From IMG/VR virus record IMGVR_UViG_3300033148_004210, positions 37,596 to 101,595 of that record: a stretch of DNA of 64,000 nucleotides, one strand, 5' to 3'. This document shows, one piece after another, positions 1 to 9,971 of the stretch. Numbering within the stretch: the first letter of the stretch is position 1; every line of letters starts with the position of its first letter. Origin of the DNA: a virus. The notes under the pieces are model-generated. The model was not told where the DNA came from, did not search any database, and was given only the letters and a program-made list of their open reading frames with translations. A program made the translations under genes and the position numbers.

Positions 1-633
1 CCAATTAGGTAATACCTTTAAATGCTCGTTTTTCGGATTTCCGCATTTCAAATCAATAGAACGAGAAATAAGACTGTATATTTTATATTCGTTTTTTATC
101 TCCTCTAACCAATTCCAAATTCTTTTTGACCAAGCGTAATGTTTTATTTTCTCATTTTTCCAGGCATTTAAATATATATGGTCTAATAAAATAGATTTAG
201 ATTCTTTCGGAATATTAAAATAAAAATCAGAAATATAAGGAGCTGGAATTATTTCTGTTTTATTTTTATCCTGCTTAAAAGGAGCATTTTTAAACATAAA
301 AGAAAAATCTGATAGTTCTCCTATTTCTAAAAACGATATAACTTTTTTACATTTCTTTTTTAATAACGATATGTTTTCTTGGGTAAAGAAAGGATGATAA
401 TTTATTATTATAATAAAATCTACATTTGGTATTTTTGATAAGTCTAATTTTGGCATTGATAGTCCACTATAATTTTTATTGGTCTTTATAAAATAATCAC
501 TTTCGATTAAAGTAATATGTTCCATTTGTTTAAAGGACTGTTCTAGTCCATAAGTAAGCATTGAAAAACATAGATTTATATGTCTCTTGTTTTTTACTGG
601 ATAACCTAATATTAATAGTTTATATTTTTTCAT
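1..633 (-). CDS. Partial CDS running off the window start; possibly glycosyltransferase-like
   Basis: ATG at 633 (MKKYKLLILGYP...) overlaps the stop of the LicD gene and stays open to position 1 in my manual translation. Function is guessed from context only. Confidence 0.4.
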   Translation of the reverse strand, partial: MKKYKLLILGYPVKNKRHINLCFSMLTYGLEQSFKQMEHITLIESDYFIKTNKNYSGLSMPKLDLSKIPNVDFIIIINYHPFFTQENISLLKKKCKKVISFLEIGELSDFSFMFKNAPFKQDKNKTEIIPAPYISDFYFNIPKESKSILLDHIYLNAWKNEKIKHYAWSKRIWNWLEEIKNEYKIYSLISRSIDLKCGNPKNEHLKVLPNW

Positions 634-1201
634 TTTTTAATGTTATTATATGTTCAATTACAAATCTTTTATTTAAATTATATTTTCGAGTATTGTTATC
701 AGTATAAAAATTCTTTTTGGGTTTTTTCCAATCATTACCATATAAAATGTTTAAATAAGATTTATAATCTAAAATTATTTTAACTTCTTTACCTAGAAAC
801 AAGTATTCGTTTCTTTCTGATATTATTTTTCTTGGGAAATATCTGATATGTTGTTTACTTAAATCTATACAATAATAAATATCTTTTTTCTTACTTAAAA
901 AATATCTATCTATATCCACATGTAAAGAACTATCTTCTTCTATTTTAATCGACCAATTGCCTCTAATTAAAGGAATTTTTAATCCTCTTTTATATAAAGA
1001 ACTTAAAAAAGCATTGAGTTTATTATAATCATCAAAAAAATCATTAGTTGTTCCTATATCTATATCTTTATCATATTTAATAAAATCTTTATTTCTCATA
1101 GCTCCTAATAATGTTCCAGCTTCTAAAAAATAATCTATATTATTTTCTTCTAAAGCTTCTATTACTTTGAATAACAATTCTTTTGCTTTTGTTTTATTCA
1201 T
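620..1201 (-). CDS. LicD-family phosphotransferase
   Basis: YFLEAGTLLGAMRNKDFIKYDKDIDIG nucleotidyltransferase-fold motif and C-terminal YLxxLYGNDW, typical of LicD. Confidence 0.9.
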   Translation of the reverse strand: MNKTKAKELLFKVIEALEENNIDYFLEAGTLLGAMRNKDFIKYDKDIDIGTTNDFFDDYNKLNAFLSSLYKRGLKIPLIRGNWSIKIEEDSSLHVDIDRYFLSKKKDIYYCIDLSKQHIRYFPRKIISERNEYLFLGKEVKIILDYKSYLNILYGNDWKKPKKNFYTDNNTRKYNLNKRFVIEHIITLKNEKI

Positions 1202-1773
1202 TTTACATCCTTATATAAAGGCATAATAGATTGGTAACTTATTAAAGTATAATGTTTATAAGGTATTTTATTTGTCCTACCTTTTTTTCCATGTTGAGGT
1301 ATTCTCCAATCATTGCCATATAAATAATTTAAATATTTTTCTGGATTATGAGGAACTTTAAATTTCCTTTCTAAGAAAATAAGAGTGTCTAATGAACTTA
1401 TAAATTCTTCTGGAAACTTACTTATCATATCTTTTAAATAAATGTTATAATATTTTCCTTCTTTTTTATAATGATAAACATCAAGAGGCACTTTATTAGC
1501 ATTTAAAAAACATGTCGAAGCAAAATCATTCCAATTTATATGTGGATAAATATTAACTTTCTTTAAATCTGCAAGTATATTATGCCACAATTTACCATCT
1601 TTAAAATACTTATATTTGACTCCTATATCAATATCAGCATCTCCTTTAATAAAATTATTATCTCGGATTGCTCCTAAAAGAGTCCCAGAAGATAAGAAAA
1701 ATTCTATATTATATTTTTCTAATACATCTGCCATTTTAAAAAGATAGTTTTTTAACCCTAAATTTTTACTCAT
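1198..1773 (-). CDS. LicD-family phosphotransferase
   Basis: FFLSSGTLLGAIRDNNFIKGDADIDIG and VPHNPEKYLNYLYGNDWRIP. Confidence 0.9.
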   Translation of the reverse strand: MSKNLGLKNYLFKMADVLEKYNIEFFLSSGTLLGAIRDNNFIKGDADIDIGVKYKYFKDGKLWHNILADLKKVNIYPHINWNDFASTCFLNANKVPLDVYHYKKEGKYYNIYLKDMISKFPEEFISSLDTLIFLERKFKVPHNPEKYLNYLYGNDWRIPQHGKKGRTNKIPYKHYTLISYQSIMPLYKDVK

Positions 1774-2986
1774 TTATAGCCCTCATAAATCTTTCTTTAA
1801 TTTGTTTTCCAGTTAAAGGAATTCTTGGAGCATTTCCTTTGCCTTTTTCTATTTTAATAACTATAGTATTAGGAGCTAACGATTTAAAATCACAATAATT
1901 AGAAGCTGTTTGTTGTCCTCCTGTTGAAGCATGGGTGTTGTTATCCAAAATATAATGATGTAAATTTTTAGGATTTAATTTTTTATGTGTTATTAAACTA
2001 TTTAATCCCATAAGGGTTTCTCCATCTCCTGTTATAACAACTATTTTCTTTTTGGTATTTTTTGCAATACCGATACCTATAGAAAGACAACTGCCCATTC
2101 CTCCTAAAAGATATAAATTTTTATCACTATCTAATATTTTATAAATCGTCCTTGAAGTCATGCCTAATGAAGATATTAACAAAGTATCTTTTTTTAATGT
2201 ATATAAAATTAATTTAATCGCTTCCTCTCTTGTGGGATTTTTATTGTTTACTAGATACTTAAAATATTTTTTCCAAAATTTTCTGTTTATATTTGTTTTG
2301 CCATGACATGATAAACAAAGACTTATAAGGTTATTAAAATTTAAATTATTTTTATTGTAATCTATATGATGGATACATAAAGATTTTTTTATTTCGGATT
2401 GTTTTATACTACATAATTGGCAACTATATTTATCTCTTTTTCTAATTTCTTTTTTTAATCTTTCTGTAAATTCTATAGGATAAGGTTCAAAAGAAGAACC
2501 ATTATTCCAATGAGGACTATTTTCTCCTTTCTTTGCACATGCCCCACATCTTCCTAAACCAAAACAAGCGGAATCATAACAAATTTTATTTCCACATTCT
2601 ATACAATAATAAATTTGTTTGGTTTTTCCATCTTTATAATTATGATTTAATTTATCTTTTTTAGATTCGCTCAAACTTCTAATAGGAATTTCATGTATTT
2701 TTAAATATTTAAAAACAGTAGTTATTGAACAATTCTTTTCCATTGCTATTTTAGAAGGAATTTTTGAATTTTTGATATATTGTTCATAAAGAAATTCTTT
2801 AGTTAAAATTTTATCCCACTTTTTTTGATGGAGGTTTCGTCTCGGAATATTATATTTTTTCATCCAATATAATATCACTTTATGAGAACAATCTAATTCA
2901 GATGCAATCCTATGTAATGATATTTTATTTTTTATATATTTCTTGATAAGCAATTTTCTTGTTATGTTGTATTTTTTCTTAGCCAT
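1766..2986 (-). CDS. HNH homing endonuclease fused in frame to a phosphonopyruvate decarboxylase beta-type (TPP-binding) subunit
   Basis: N-terminal HTH repeats and RKRDKYSCQLC...HHIDYNKNN...CLSCH HNH. From about 2233 down: TREEAI...LGGMGSCLSIGIG...TGDGETLMG...LDNNTHASTGGQ (GDG..NN TPP motif). Confidence 0.85.
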   Translation of the reverse strand: MAKKKYNITRKLLIKKYIKNKISLHRIASELDCSHKVILYWMKKYNIPRRNLHQKKWDKILTKEFLYEQYIKNSKIPSKIAMEKNCSITTVFKYLKIHEIPIRSLSESKKDKLNHNYKDGKTKQIYYCIECGNKICYDSACFGLGRCGACAKKGENSPHWNNGSSFEPYPIEFTERLKKEIRKRDKYSCQLCSIKQSEIKKSLCIHHIDYNKNNLNFNNLISLCLSCHGKTNINRKFWKKYFKYLVNNKNPTREEAIKLILYTLKKDTLLISSLGMTSRTIYKILDSDKNLYLLGGMGSCLSIGIGIAKNTKKKIVVITGDGETLMGLNSLITHKKLNPKNLHHYILDNNTHASTGGQQTASNYCDFKSLAPNTIVIKIEKGKGNAPRIPLTGKQIKERFMRAINE

Positions 2987-3344
2987 TTTGTTTTACATAT
3001 TTTATGTTTTTATAATTAAGTAAATTTAATAATTTAGGAGTTATTTTACTCATATGTCTATGATATTCAGGTTTTTTTCTTAGACTTATTAATAAATCTA
3101 TTTCTATGTCATAATATTGCATAATAGAAGTTAATAAAGTTAAACAAGAACCCAATCCACTATCTTGCATAAAAACTAAAGGATTTTTATCCATTAATTT
3201 TGCTCCTATCGCCATAGCCAAAGCTTCATCCTCTTTTGTGGCAATAATAACCTTATCATAATTTATTATTCCTTTAAATTTAGAACAAGGAACTCCCGTA
3301 ATAAAATCATGAGAATCGACCCATCGTTTTAATTTTCTATTCAT
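2979..3344 (-). CDS. Phosphonopyruvate/sulfopyruvate decarboxylase alpha-type subunit (short)
   Basis: TGVPCS, E-D-E-A..A.GA and FMQDSGLG motifs of the Ppd/ComD pyrimidine-binding domain; lies next to pepM. Confidence 0.85.
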   Translation of the reverse strand: MNRKLKRWVDSHDFITGVPCSKFKGIINYDKVIIATKEDEALAMAIGAKLMDKNPLVFMQDSGLGSCLTLLTSIMQYYDIEIDLLISLRKKPEYHRHMSKITPKLLNLLNYKNIKYVKQNG

Positions 3345-4593
3345 ATTTTAATTTTCTTCTTTTTGTTTCTTCTATAGGAGTAAGACTACGAAATTCGTCC
3401 AAAGTAGATATATACTTTTCTAATGATTTTGCGTTTTGTTTAGTTTTCAATATCTGTAATATTTTTTTAACTCCAAATATTTTTGCTCTCTGAGTTTGGT
3501 TCGCAAATATCACTATCGAATATCCAGCATCAAATAATTCTTTATTAGTAATATGTGGGAATTTTGAAGGCACAATTATTAATGGTATTTCTCTTTTCCA
3601 ATATTTAGGAATCCCCAGGGCTTCTTTTCCAGTTTTGTCTTTTGAGTGCATTAAAATAAGGTCTGCACCACAATCAGCATAATAATTAGCTCTTATTAAT
3701 GCTTCTTTTTTCCCGTATCCTCTAATAAGAGCCTCTGTTCTTGCTATAATACAAAAATCTTTTGTTCTTTGTATTGCTTTTCCAGCTTTAATTTTAGCAC
3801 CATGTTTTTTCATATCTACTATAGGAATTTTTCCTCCCCAAAGAGAATTAGATTTTGGAAAAATATTATCTTCTATACAAATTGCAGATACTCCAATTTT
3901 TTCTAATTCCTTAACTGCTCTTATAAATTGTTCTATATTCCCATATCCAGTATCGGCATCTACTATAACAGGAATATTAACAGATTCTACAATTGGTCTT
4001 GCAATATTTATCATATCCGTTAAATTTATAGTTTCATTGTCTACTAATCCTAATCGGGCACTTGTTTCAAAAGAAGAAACCCAAATACCATCGAACCCAT
4101 ACTGTTCTACTAATTTCGCTGTAATGGCATCATTAGCAGATACTATTACTAATTTTTCTTTAAAAGCATTTTTTAAAGTGTTTTTACTCCTAATATTTTG
4201 TAATAATTTGGTAGTTGATAAATTAGGATAATAAGGAACTAAAACAGTTTTAATTCCCATTTCTTCAGCTTTTTTAGTATAAGGAGGTATAAAGTCATCG
4301 CCATGAACTATTATATTAACATCGTATTTTTTCAAGTTTTCATATGTTGTAGGGGATTCTTTATCTCTACAATCTTTGATTACCAAATCAATTTCTTTAA
4401 TAGATTTTAATATTTCCACTCTATCTTTATAAGGCATTATAGGTTTTCTTTTATAATCTTGAGTTATATTATCAGGATGCACTCCAATTATTAAATAATC
4501 TCCCAAAGCTTTAGCTTTACGGAAAAATTCTATATGTCCCCGATGCGGTATATCTGCCACTACATTAGCGTATACTATTACTTTATTTTTCAT
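3337..4593 (-). CDS. pepM: Cytidylyltransferase (HxGH)-phosphoenolpyruvate mutase fusion (AepX-like)
   Basis: ADIPHRGH...YKRKPIM...HGDD...STT cytidylyltransferase domain, then GFDGIWVSS, DADTGYG, IEDNIFPKSNSL (EDK-x5-NS variant that keeps K-x-N-S-L), ARTEALI, ADLILMHS. Confidence 0.92.
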   Translation of the reverse strand: MKNKVIVYANVVADIPHRGHIEFFRKAKALGDYLIIGVHPDNITQDYKRKPIMPYKDRVEILKSIKEIDLVIKDCRDKESPTTYENLKKYDVNIIVHGDDFIPPYTKKAEEMGIKTVLVPYYPNLSTTKLLQNIRSKNTLKNAFKEKLVIVSANDAITAKLVEQYGFDGIWVSSFETSARLGLVDNETINLTDMINIARPIVESVNIPVIVDADTGYGNIEQFIRAVKELEKIGVSAICIEDNIFPKSNSLWGGKIPIVDMKKHGAKIKAGKAIQRTKDFCIIARTEALIRGYGKKEALIRANYYADCGADLILMHSKDKTGKEALGIPKYWKREIPLIIVPSKFPHITNKELFDAGYSIVIFANQTQRAKIFGVKKILQILKTKQNAKSLEKYISTLDEFRSLTPIEETKRRKLKYE

Positions 4594-5558
4594 AAATAAA
4601 AACTTCCTTTATAATCATTAAAAAATTGATTTCTAATTCCTTTTTTAACTGCCTTTTCATAAATTATTTTCGCTAAAGCAATATCGCAAATAGCTATCCC
4701 TATATTATAAGCTATAATTTTTTCTTTATTATTATCTCTTGCTCTTTTTCCTAAAATAATTTCCCCTAATTCTGCATAAATGTTTGGTAATCCTCCGCTA
4801 AATTCTCCTTTTGATTTATAATATAAAGTTTGTTCTTTGTCATCGGTAATAGTTTTATCAAATTTCATAGCACAATTTTCCCATCCTCTATGATGAATAG
4901 GTAAAACCAATACCCCTTCTTTTAACCAATTCGGATTAACAAAAGGTTTATTTACATAAGTAGTTGCTGTTAAAATAATATCCGAATCTTTTACTGTTTT
5001 TTCTATTGATGAACAAATTTCAAAAATTAACTTTGTTGGGCGAAATCTTTTAATAAACCTAACAGCAGTGTTTTTATATCTATAAATTTTTATTTTCTTA
5101 ATTTGTGGACATAATTTATATATAAATTGCAAGCAAGCTACTGATTGGACACCTGCACCTATAATTGCAAGGGTTTTTGCTTCTTGAGTAGCAAAATATT
5201 TCGCAGTCAACCCAGCCATTACTCCTGTTCTCATAGCAGTAAGCCAACTAGCTTCCATTACTGCTAAAGGATGTCCTGTAATCATGTCATTTAATAAATA
5301 AGTGCTAATTACTTTTGGAATATTTTTATTAGTATTTTTGGGAAAACGACTTACCCATTTAATTCCTGACATATTGTATTTCGGAACATAAGAAGGCATT
5401 GAGGTAAAAAATATACCATCTTCAGGAGCAATACTTACTTTGGCTGGCATAAAAACTCTTTCGTTTGCGTGTTCTTTTAAAACATCTACTATCGCATTTA
5501 AACATTCATTAAAAGTAATCTTTAATGATAATATTTGTTTATGAGATAAAACAATCAT
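4590..5558 (-). CDS. Ornithine cyclodeaminase/mu-crystallin family NAD-dependent enzyme
   Basis: MPAK, GIKWVS.FP.N, LTAMRTG, IIGAGVQ Rossmann motif, ELGE, GIAICDIALA. Confidence 0.9.
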   Translation of the reverse strand: MIVLSHKQILSLKITFNECLNAIVDVLKEHANERVFMPAKVSIAPEDGIFFTSMPSYVPKYNMSGIKWVSRFPKNTNKNIPKVISTYLLNDMITGHPLAVMEASWLTAMRTGVMAGLTAKYFATQEAKTLAIIGAGVQSVACLQFIYKLCPQIKKIKIYRYKNTAVRFIKRFRPTKLIFEICSSIEKTVKDSDIILTATTYVNKPFVNPNWLKEGVLVLPIHHRGWENCAMKFDKTITDDKEQTLYYKSKGEFSGGLPNIYAELGEIILGKRARDNNKEKIIAYNIGIAICDIALAKIIYEKAVKKGIRNQFFNDYKGSFYL

Positions 5559-6645
5559 TTTTTACCTTCTTTACTGCTTTCAAAAACTTTCTAATATCTT
5601 TCTCTGTTATATTCCCTATATTTCCTAACCTAAAGGTTTTTTCATTGGTTAATTTTCCAGGATAAATAGTGAACCCTTTTTCTTTTAATTTATCATGAAA
5701 TTTATTAAAATCAAATTTTTTAGGTTCATAAAAAGTCGAAACTATCATACTTTTTTCCTCATCTATAAATAATAAAGGTCGAAATCCTAATTGTATCATA
5801 CCATATTCCAATTCCATAGAATTGCGACAATATCTTTTATATCGATTTATTCCCCCTTCTTTAAAATATTCTTTTAAAGCTTGTTTTAAAGAATATAAAC
5901 ATTGCACCGCAGGTGTAAAAGGAGTTTGATTATGTTTATCAAAATGCTTATAATTACGCCATAAATTTAGATAATAAGACCTTATAGGATAATTTCGAGT
6001 TTTCATAAGTGCCATTTTTTTTGCAATTACAAATGAAATTCCTGGCATCCCTTGTAAACATTTATTTGCTGAACCCATAATAAAATCGGCTTGAACTTTT
6101 TGAATATCAATAGGTATTCCCCCAAACGAAGATATAGTATCAACAATATAAATTTTTTTATGTTCTTTAACTATCTTTCCTATAGTTTCAATATCATTTA
6201 AAATTCCTGTAGTAGTTTCGTGATGAATTACTGCTACTGCGGTTATATCAGGATAATATCTAAAACAATATTCGATAGCATCTATTCTGATAGAAGTTCC
6301 CCATTCTGTTTTTATTGAAATAGTATTAATACCATAACTTTTTGCTATTTCTTCTATTCGTGTTCCATAAGCTCCATTTTCTAAAATCAATAATTTTCCA
6401 TTTTTCGGAATAACAGAATTAATAGTGGCATCCATAACAGAAGTTCCTGAACCAGTAAATAATATAGAAGTATATTTTTTATCCCCATGAACTACTTTAA
6501 GTAAATCTTTTCTAATACCTTCCATCACTGCCCCAAACTCCTTTTCTCTTGGACAAATATCAGGAACAACTTGAGCATATTTTACAGTGTCGGTAGTTGT
6601 TGCTGGTGCTGGAGTTAATATAATATTTCGTTTAATTTTTTTCAT
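5539..6645 (-). CDS. phnW: 2-aminoethylphosphonate aminotransferase (class V PLP; PhnW/AepZ-like)
   Basis: LTPAPATT, DICPRE, TGSGT, ENGAYG, HHETTTG, DTISSFGG, SANKCLQGMPG, FTP, IYPGK, FRLGNIG. Confidence 0.92.
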   Translation of the reverse strand: MKKIKRNIILTPAPATTTDTVKYAQVVPDICPREKEFGAVMEGIRKDLLKVVHGDKKYTSILFTGSGTSVMDATINSVIPKNGKLLILENGAYGTRIEEIAKSYGINTISIKTEWGTSIRIDAIEYCFRYYPDITAVAVIHHETTTGILNDIETIGKIVKEHKKIYIVDTISSFGGIPIDIQKVQADFIMGSANKCLQGMPGISFVIAKKMALMKTRNYPIRSYYLNLWRNYKHFDKHNQTPFTPAVQCLYSLKQALKEYFKEGGINRYKRYCRNSMELEYGMIQLGFRPLLFIDEEKSMIVSTFYEPKKFDFNKFHDKLKEKGFTIYPGKLTNEKTFRLGNIGNITEKDIRKFLKAVKKVKNDCFIS

Positions 6646-7625
6646 TAATATTTCCTATAAGGTTTCCCAGAATGGAATCCATTGGCATTAAGCCATTTAT
6701 AATGTTCTCTAACTGCATCCACACATTCTTCTTTTTTATAATCAAGAGTATATCCAAAATACTCCATTATATCTCCAAAATAATATTCAATAACTTTTCT
6801 TTGATATTCTGTTAAAATTTCCTTATAAATACCAATTCTATTTTTATTAATTCCTTTATAAATTTTAGTAAAACTATTTCCTTTCCATTCTACTCCACAA
6901 CAAGTTGGATTAAGATTTAAAAGGGATTCTCTAATTCCTATCCATTGACATAATTCTGTCATTGATTTTTTTGGAGATTGCACTAACTTCTCATAACAAA
7001 TATTTTTATATTTTGTAATTCCGAATTTAAGCCAATTATCTTTCGCCATATTCATACATAAATAACCTCTATCAATAAAATCTCTTAATAATCTTTCTTT
7101 ACTGTCATATTGATTTTTGTAATGCTTATCCCATCCAGTTAAAATAGAAGCGAAATTATCTCTTGGGTCTCTAACTATATTTATAAATTTGGCATCTGGG
7201 TAGATTTTAAAAATTTCATTTACATATATTTCAGAATGGGTATCTTTAGTAATTACAATTTTATCTTTTATTCTTATTTCTTTATCTAAAACATTTCTTA
7301 CAGCATCTATCATAGAAACAAAAAACCCACATACATCTTTATTGTGAATCGATAAAAGTGCATCAAAATTATTTTCTAATTCTTTCTGAAAAATCTCCTT
7401 TTTACCCCATTTTAAAACTATTTGACACAAATCTTTTAATAAAAAATTCTTTATTCTATCTTTTTGTTGTTCTAAAGTATATTTAGATTTTAAATATTCA
7501 GGATAAAAAGAATACCAAAAATGAGTTTCATAAGGATAGACCCATAAATCAGGATGTCCATCTAAAAGACTAGCGAGTAAAGTAGTCCCTGATTTTCTAT
7601 GTCCTCCAACAAATAAATGTTTCAT
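6645..7625 (-). CDS. Sulfotransferase
   Basis: GGHRKSGTTLL..LLDGHP 5'-PSB loop, IVRDPRD 3'-PB motif, YEKLV..P. Confidence 0.88.
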   Translation of the reverse strand: MKHLFVGGHRKSGTTLLASLLDGHPDLWVYPYETHFWYSFYPEYLKSKYTLEQQKDRIKNFLLKDLCQIVLKWGKKEIFQKELENNFDALLSIHNKDVCGFFVSMIDAVRNVLDKEIRIKDKIVITKDTHSEIYVNEIFKIYPDAKFINIVRDPRDNFASILTGWDKHYKNQYDSKERLLRDFIDRGYLCMNMAKDNWLKFGITKYKNICYEKLVQSPKKSMTELCQWIGIRESLLNLNPTCCGVEWKGNSFTKIYKGINKNRIGIYKEILTEYQRKVIEYYFGDIMEYFGYTLDYKKEECVDAVREHYKWLNANGFHSGKPYRKY

Positions 7626-7626
7626 T

Positions 7627-7803
7627 TTACCTCTTAAATATTTTATAAAAAACTATATCGTAAATAAAATAAACTATGGTAGCAACTATAGCAATCAATA
7701 ATGCGGTTTTAATCCCAAATAAACAGGCATAAATTATAGTTGCTAAAATACGATAAAAAAGAGCTTTTAAAAATAATATATTAGAAGTAATCTTCGATTT
7801 CAT
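7627..7803 (-). CDS. Small membrane protein, DUF2061-like (58 aa; not in ORF track)
   Basis: Manual translation MKSKITSNILFLKALFYRILATIIYACLFGIKTALLIAIVATIVYFIYDIVFYKIFKR, with the KA..YR.LAT...Y..Y(D/E) pattern. Confidence 0.5.
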   Translation of the reverse strand: MKSKITSNILFLKALFYRILATIIYACLFGIKTALLIAIVATIVYFIYDIVFYKIFKR

Positions 7804-7957
7804 TTCTCTAATTCCTTATGAATTAAATAATGTTCTTTTAAAGCTTCGTTTAACCAGTTTTTTAACTGTATTCCTTTAAATAACCTATCACTTCTTACTA
7901 TCCACTTATGACCACATAAATAACATTCGTAACTTGTGGTGTCATAGAATTTTTTCA

Positions 7958-8542
7958 TTATTTACTCCAATTTTTAGGGGGTTTTATATACTTTTGTAAT
8001 CCGTTTATAGACTTTAAATCCAATAATTTCCATACTTCTTTTAGTTCTTTATCAGGATTTTTTACTAAAAATTCATACGATACAATATTACTAATATTTA
8101 AGTTTTTTTCTTCAAAATGAAGAAAACTAGCTACCATATGGTGTCTAAATCCTATATATAAATTCTTACTACATAATCCTCTAACACTATGTTTATCTTG
8201 TCCTACCCAAGATTTATAAGTTTGTTCAGCATCTCTAACAATAAAAATAAACTTCGCTTCAGGAAATACTAAAGCCAATCTTCGCCAAGTCATAGCTTCT
8301 ATACCAGCATTTAAAGCAAATTTAGCTCCCTTATATTTCCCAGGTGCATAAGAAAATTCTTTAATAATCTTTTTAACATAAGGGTCGTTTTTATATCTTC
8401 CTAAATGAGAAACCCTAATACTGTGCCAAAGTTCATAAGGCTCAAATTTTATTTCTTGGACTTCAGGATGTTTTAATATTAAGTCTCTTAAAATGCTAGT
8501 GCCACTTCGTCTCATACCAATTATAAAAAATAGTTTATCCAC
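7958..8542 (-). CDS. Sulfotransferase
   Basis: IGMRRSGTSIL..LI.KHP, FPEAKFIFIVRD, YEFLVKNP. Confidence 0.85.
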   Translation of the reverse strand: MDKLFFIIGMRRSGTSILRDLILKHPEVQEIKFEPYELWHSIRVSHLGRYKNDPYVKKIIKEFSYAPGKYKGAKFALNAGIEAMTWRRLALVFPEAKFIFIVRDAEQTYKSWVGQDKHSVRGLCSKNLYIGFRHHMVASFLHFEEKNLNISNIVSYEFLVKNPDKELKEVWKLLDLKSINGLQKYIKPPKNWSK

Positions 8543-8546
8543 TTTT

Positions 8547-9971
8547 TTATTCCTTATTTAAATTTATTATACCGATATTTTCTGGAATATCGTTAAAATG
8601 ATGCAAACACATAATTAATTGGAAAGGCAATCCTTCAAAAACTTGTAATATATGCTGTAAATTATTAGTATCAAGATTCGCAAACCCTTCATCTGCAATT
8701 ACGACACCAGTATCGTTATTTTGTAAAAGTAAAGCCAACTTAAATGCAATCTGAAGCATTAATTTTTGTCCACAAGAAAGTTCTTTATACTTGTAATCTA
8801 TATTATTTTTTCGTAATTTAATCCCAAATTTTCCTTTAGTATTTACATCAAAAGATACAGTGAAATTAATTTTTTGTAAAATAGAATTTATTATCGGTTC
8901 TAAAGTTTTAACCGTCTCTGTTAAATAATAAGAAGAAATATTATCCAATTCTTTAATAGCTTGTTTAACTATTTCTTCATCTTTATTAGTATATATAAAT
9001 TCTTTCATTTTTAATCGAGATTCTAATTTAATTTTTAAATTTAATAAGACTTGTAATTTATTACTAATGTTTTCTATAATAGTCCTATGAGAAGCGATAA
9101 GGTCTTTCATTTCCGCTATCTCTGAAGTCTTAGTTGCTAAAGAAGTATTAATCTCCTTAACTTCTTTTTCTATATCTACAGTTAATCTTTTTTGAGTAGT
9201 TTGAGGAATAACCTGTTTACATACAAAACAAGTTCTGTCTTTAGTAACTTTATTTTGATTATACTTTATAGTCTTTTTCCTTTGTTCTAATTGTCCCATT
9301 TCTCTTTCGGTTTTACGAAAATCGTTTTCAAATTCTCTAACAGTTTTAATTAGTTCTAAATTTTGTTCATCTAATTCTACATATTTACTATTTATAAGTT
9401 GTAATCGTTTTTCACTAGGATAATGAGTAGAAGCTTGAATCCTGTCTTTATTATAAAGTTCTCTATTTCGTTTTATCTCTAATAATTTAACCCTCATATT
9501 ATTAAAAATCTCATCTGAACCTGCAAATATAATTCTCTTTAAAGCAACATTGCCTTGTTCTAATAAATTGCTTTCTTTAGCAGAATCTATAACTCTAAAT
9601 TTTTGAAAATTCTCCCTAGACCCTATTAAATCAGTAATAAATCTATTGCCTTCTGCACCTGTATCAAATTTAACTGGTTTATTGTCTTTAATAATAGAAA
9701 GTTTAGTAGGAAAACTTCTTTTTACGATATAGTTAGAGTTATTATGTTTAAATTCGAGTTCTACAGAACAGGATTTGGATACTCCTTTTGTAGGTAAATC
9801 GCTTAATAAAGGATGTGTCGTGTAGCCAAACAGGGCATAAAGCAGTGATTCTAAGGCTACAGTGGTCTTTCCTGACCCGTTAGCTCCCTGCACCAATGTC
9901 ATAGGGTCAAATAGGAATTTAGCCCCTTTAAAACACTTAAAATTCGTTAAACGAACAGTCTTTATAATCAT
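8547..9971 (-). CDS. SbcC/Rad50/gp46-like recombination ATPase
   Basis: LTNFKCF, Walker A GANGSGKTT, coiled coil with CFVC zinc hook, LSCGQ signature, ADEGFANLD Walker B/D-loop, H-loop. Confidence 0.9.
   Translation of the reverse strand: MIIKTVRLTNFKCFKGAKFLFDPMTLVQGANGSGKTTVALESLLYALFGYTTHPLLSDLPTKGVSKSCSVELEFKHNNSNYIVKRSFPTKLSIIKDNKPVKFDTGAEGNRFITDLIGSRENFQKFRVIDSAKESNLLEQGNVALKRIIFAGSDEIFNNMRVKLLEIKRNRELYNKDRIQASTHYPSEKRLQLINSKYVELDEQNLELIKTVREFENDFRKTEREMGQLEQRKKTIKYNQNKVTKDRTCFVCKQVIPQTTQKRLTVDIEKEVKEINTSLATKTSEIAEMKDLIASHRTIIENISNKLQVLLNLKIKLESRLKMKEFIYTNKDEEIVKQAIKELDNISSYYLTETVKTLEPIINSILQKINFTVSFDVNTKGKFGIKLRKNNIDYKYKELSCGQKLMLQIAFKLALLLQNNDTGVVIADEGFANLDTNNLQHILQVFEGLPFQLIMCLHHFNDIPENIGIINLNKE

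Noticed and set aside
1766-3344. Coenzyme M pathway (comDE)
   Set aside because: The split decarboxylase resembles ComD/E, but adjacent pepM and AEP transaminase favour phosphonopyruvate as substrate; no comABC seen.
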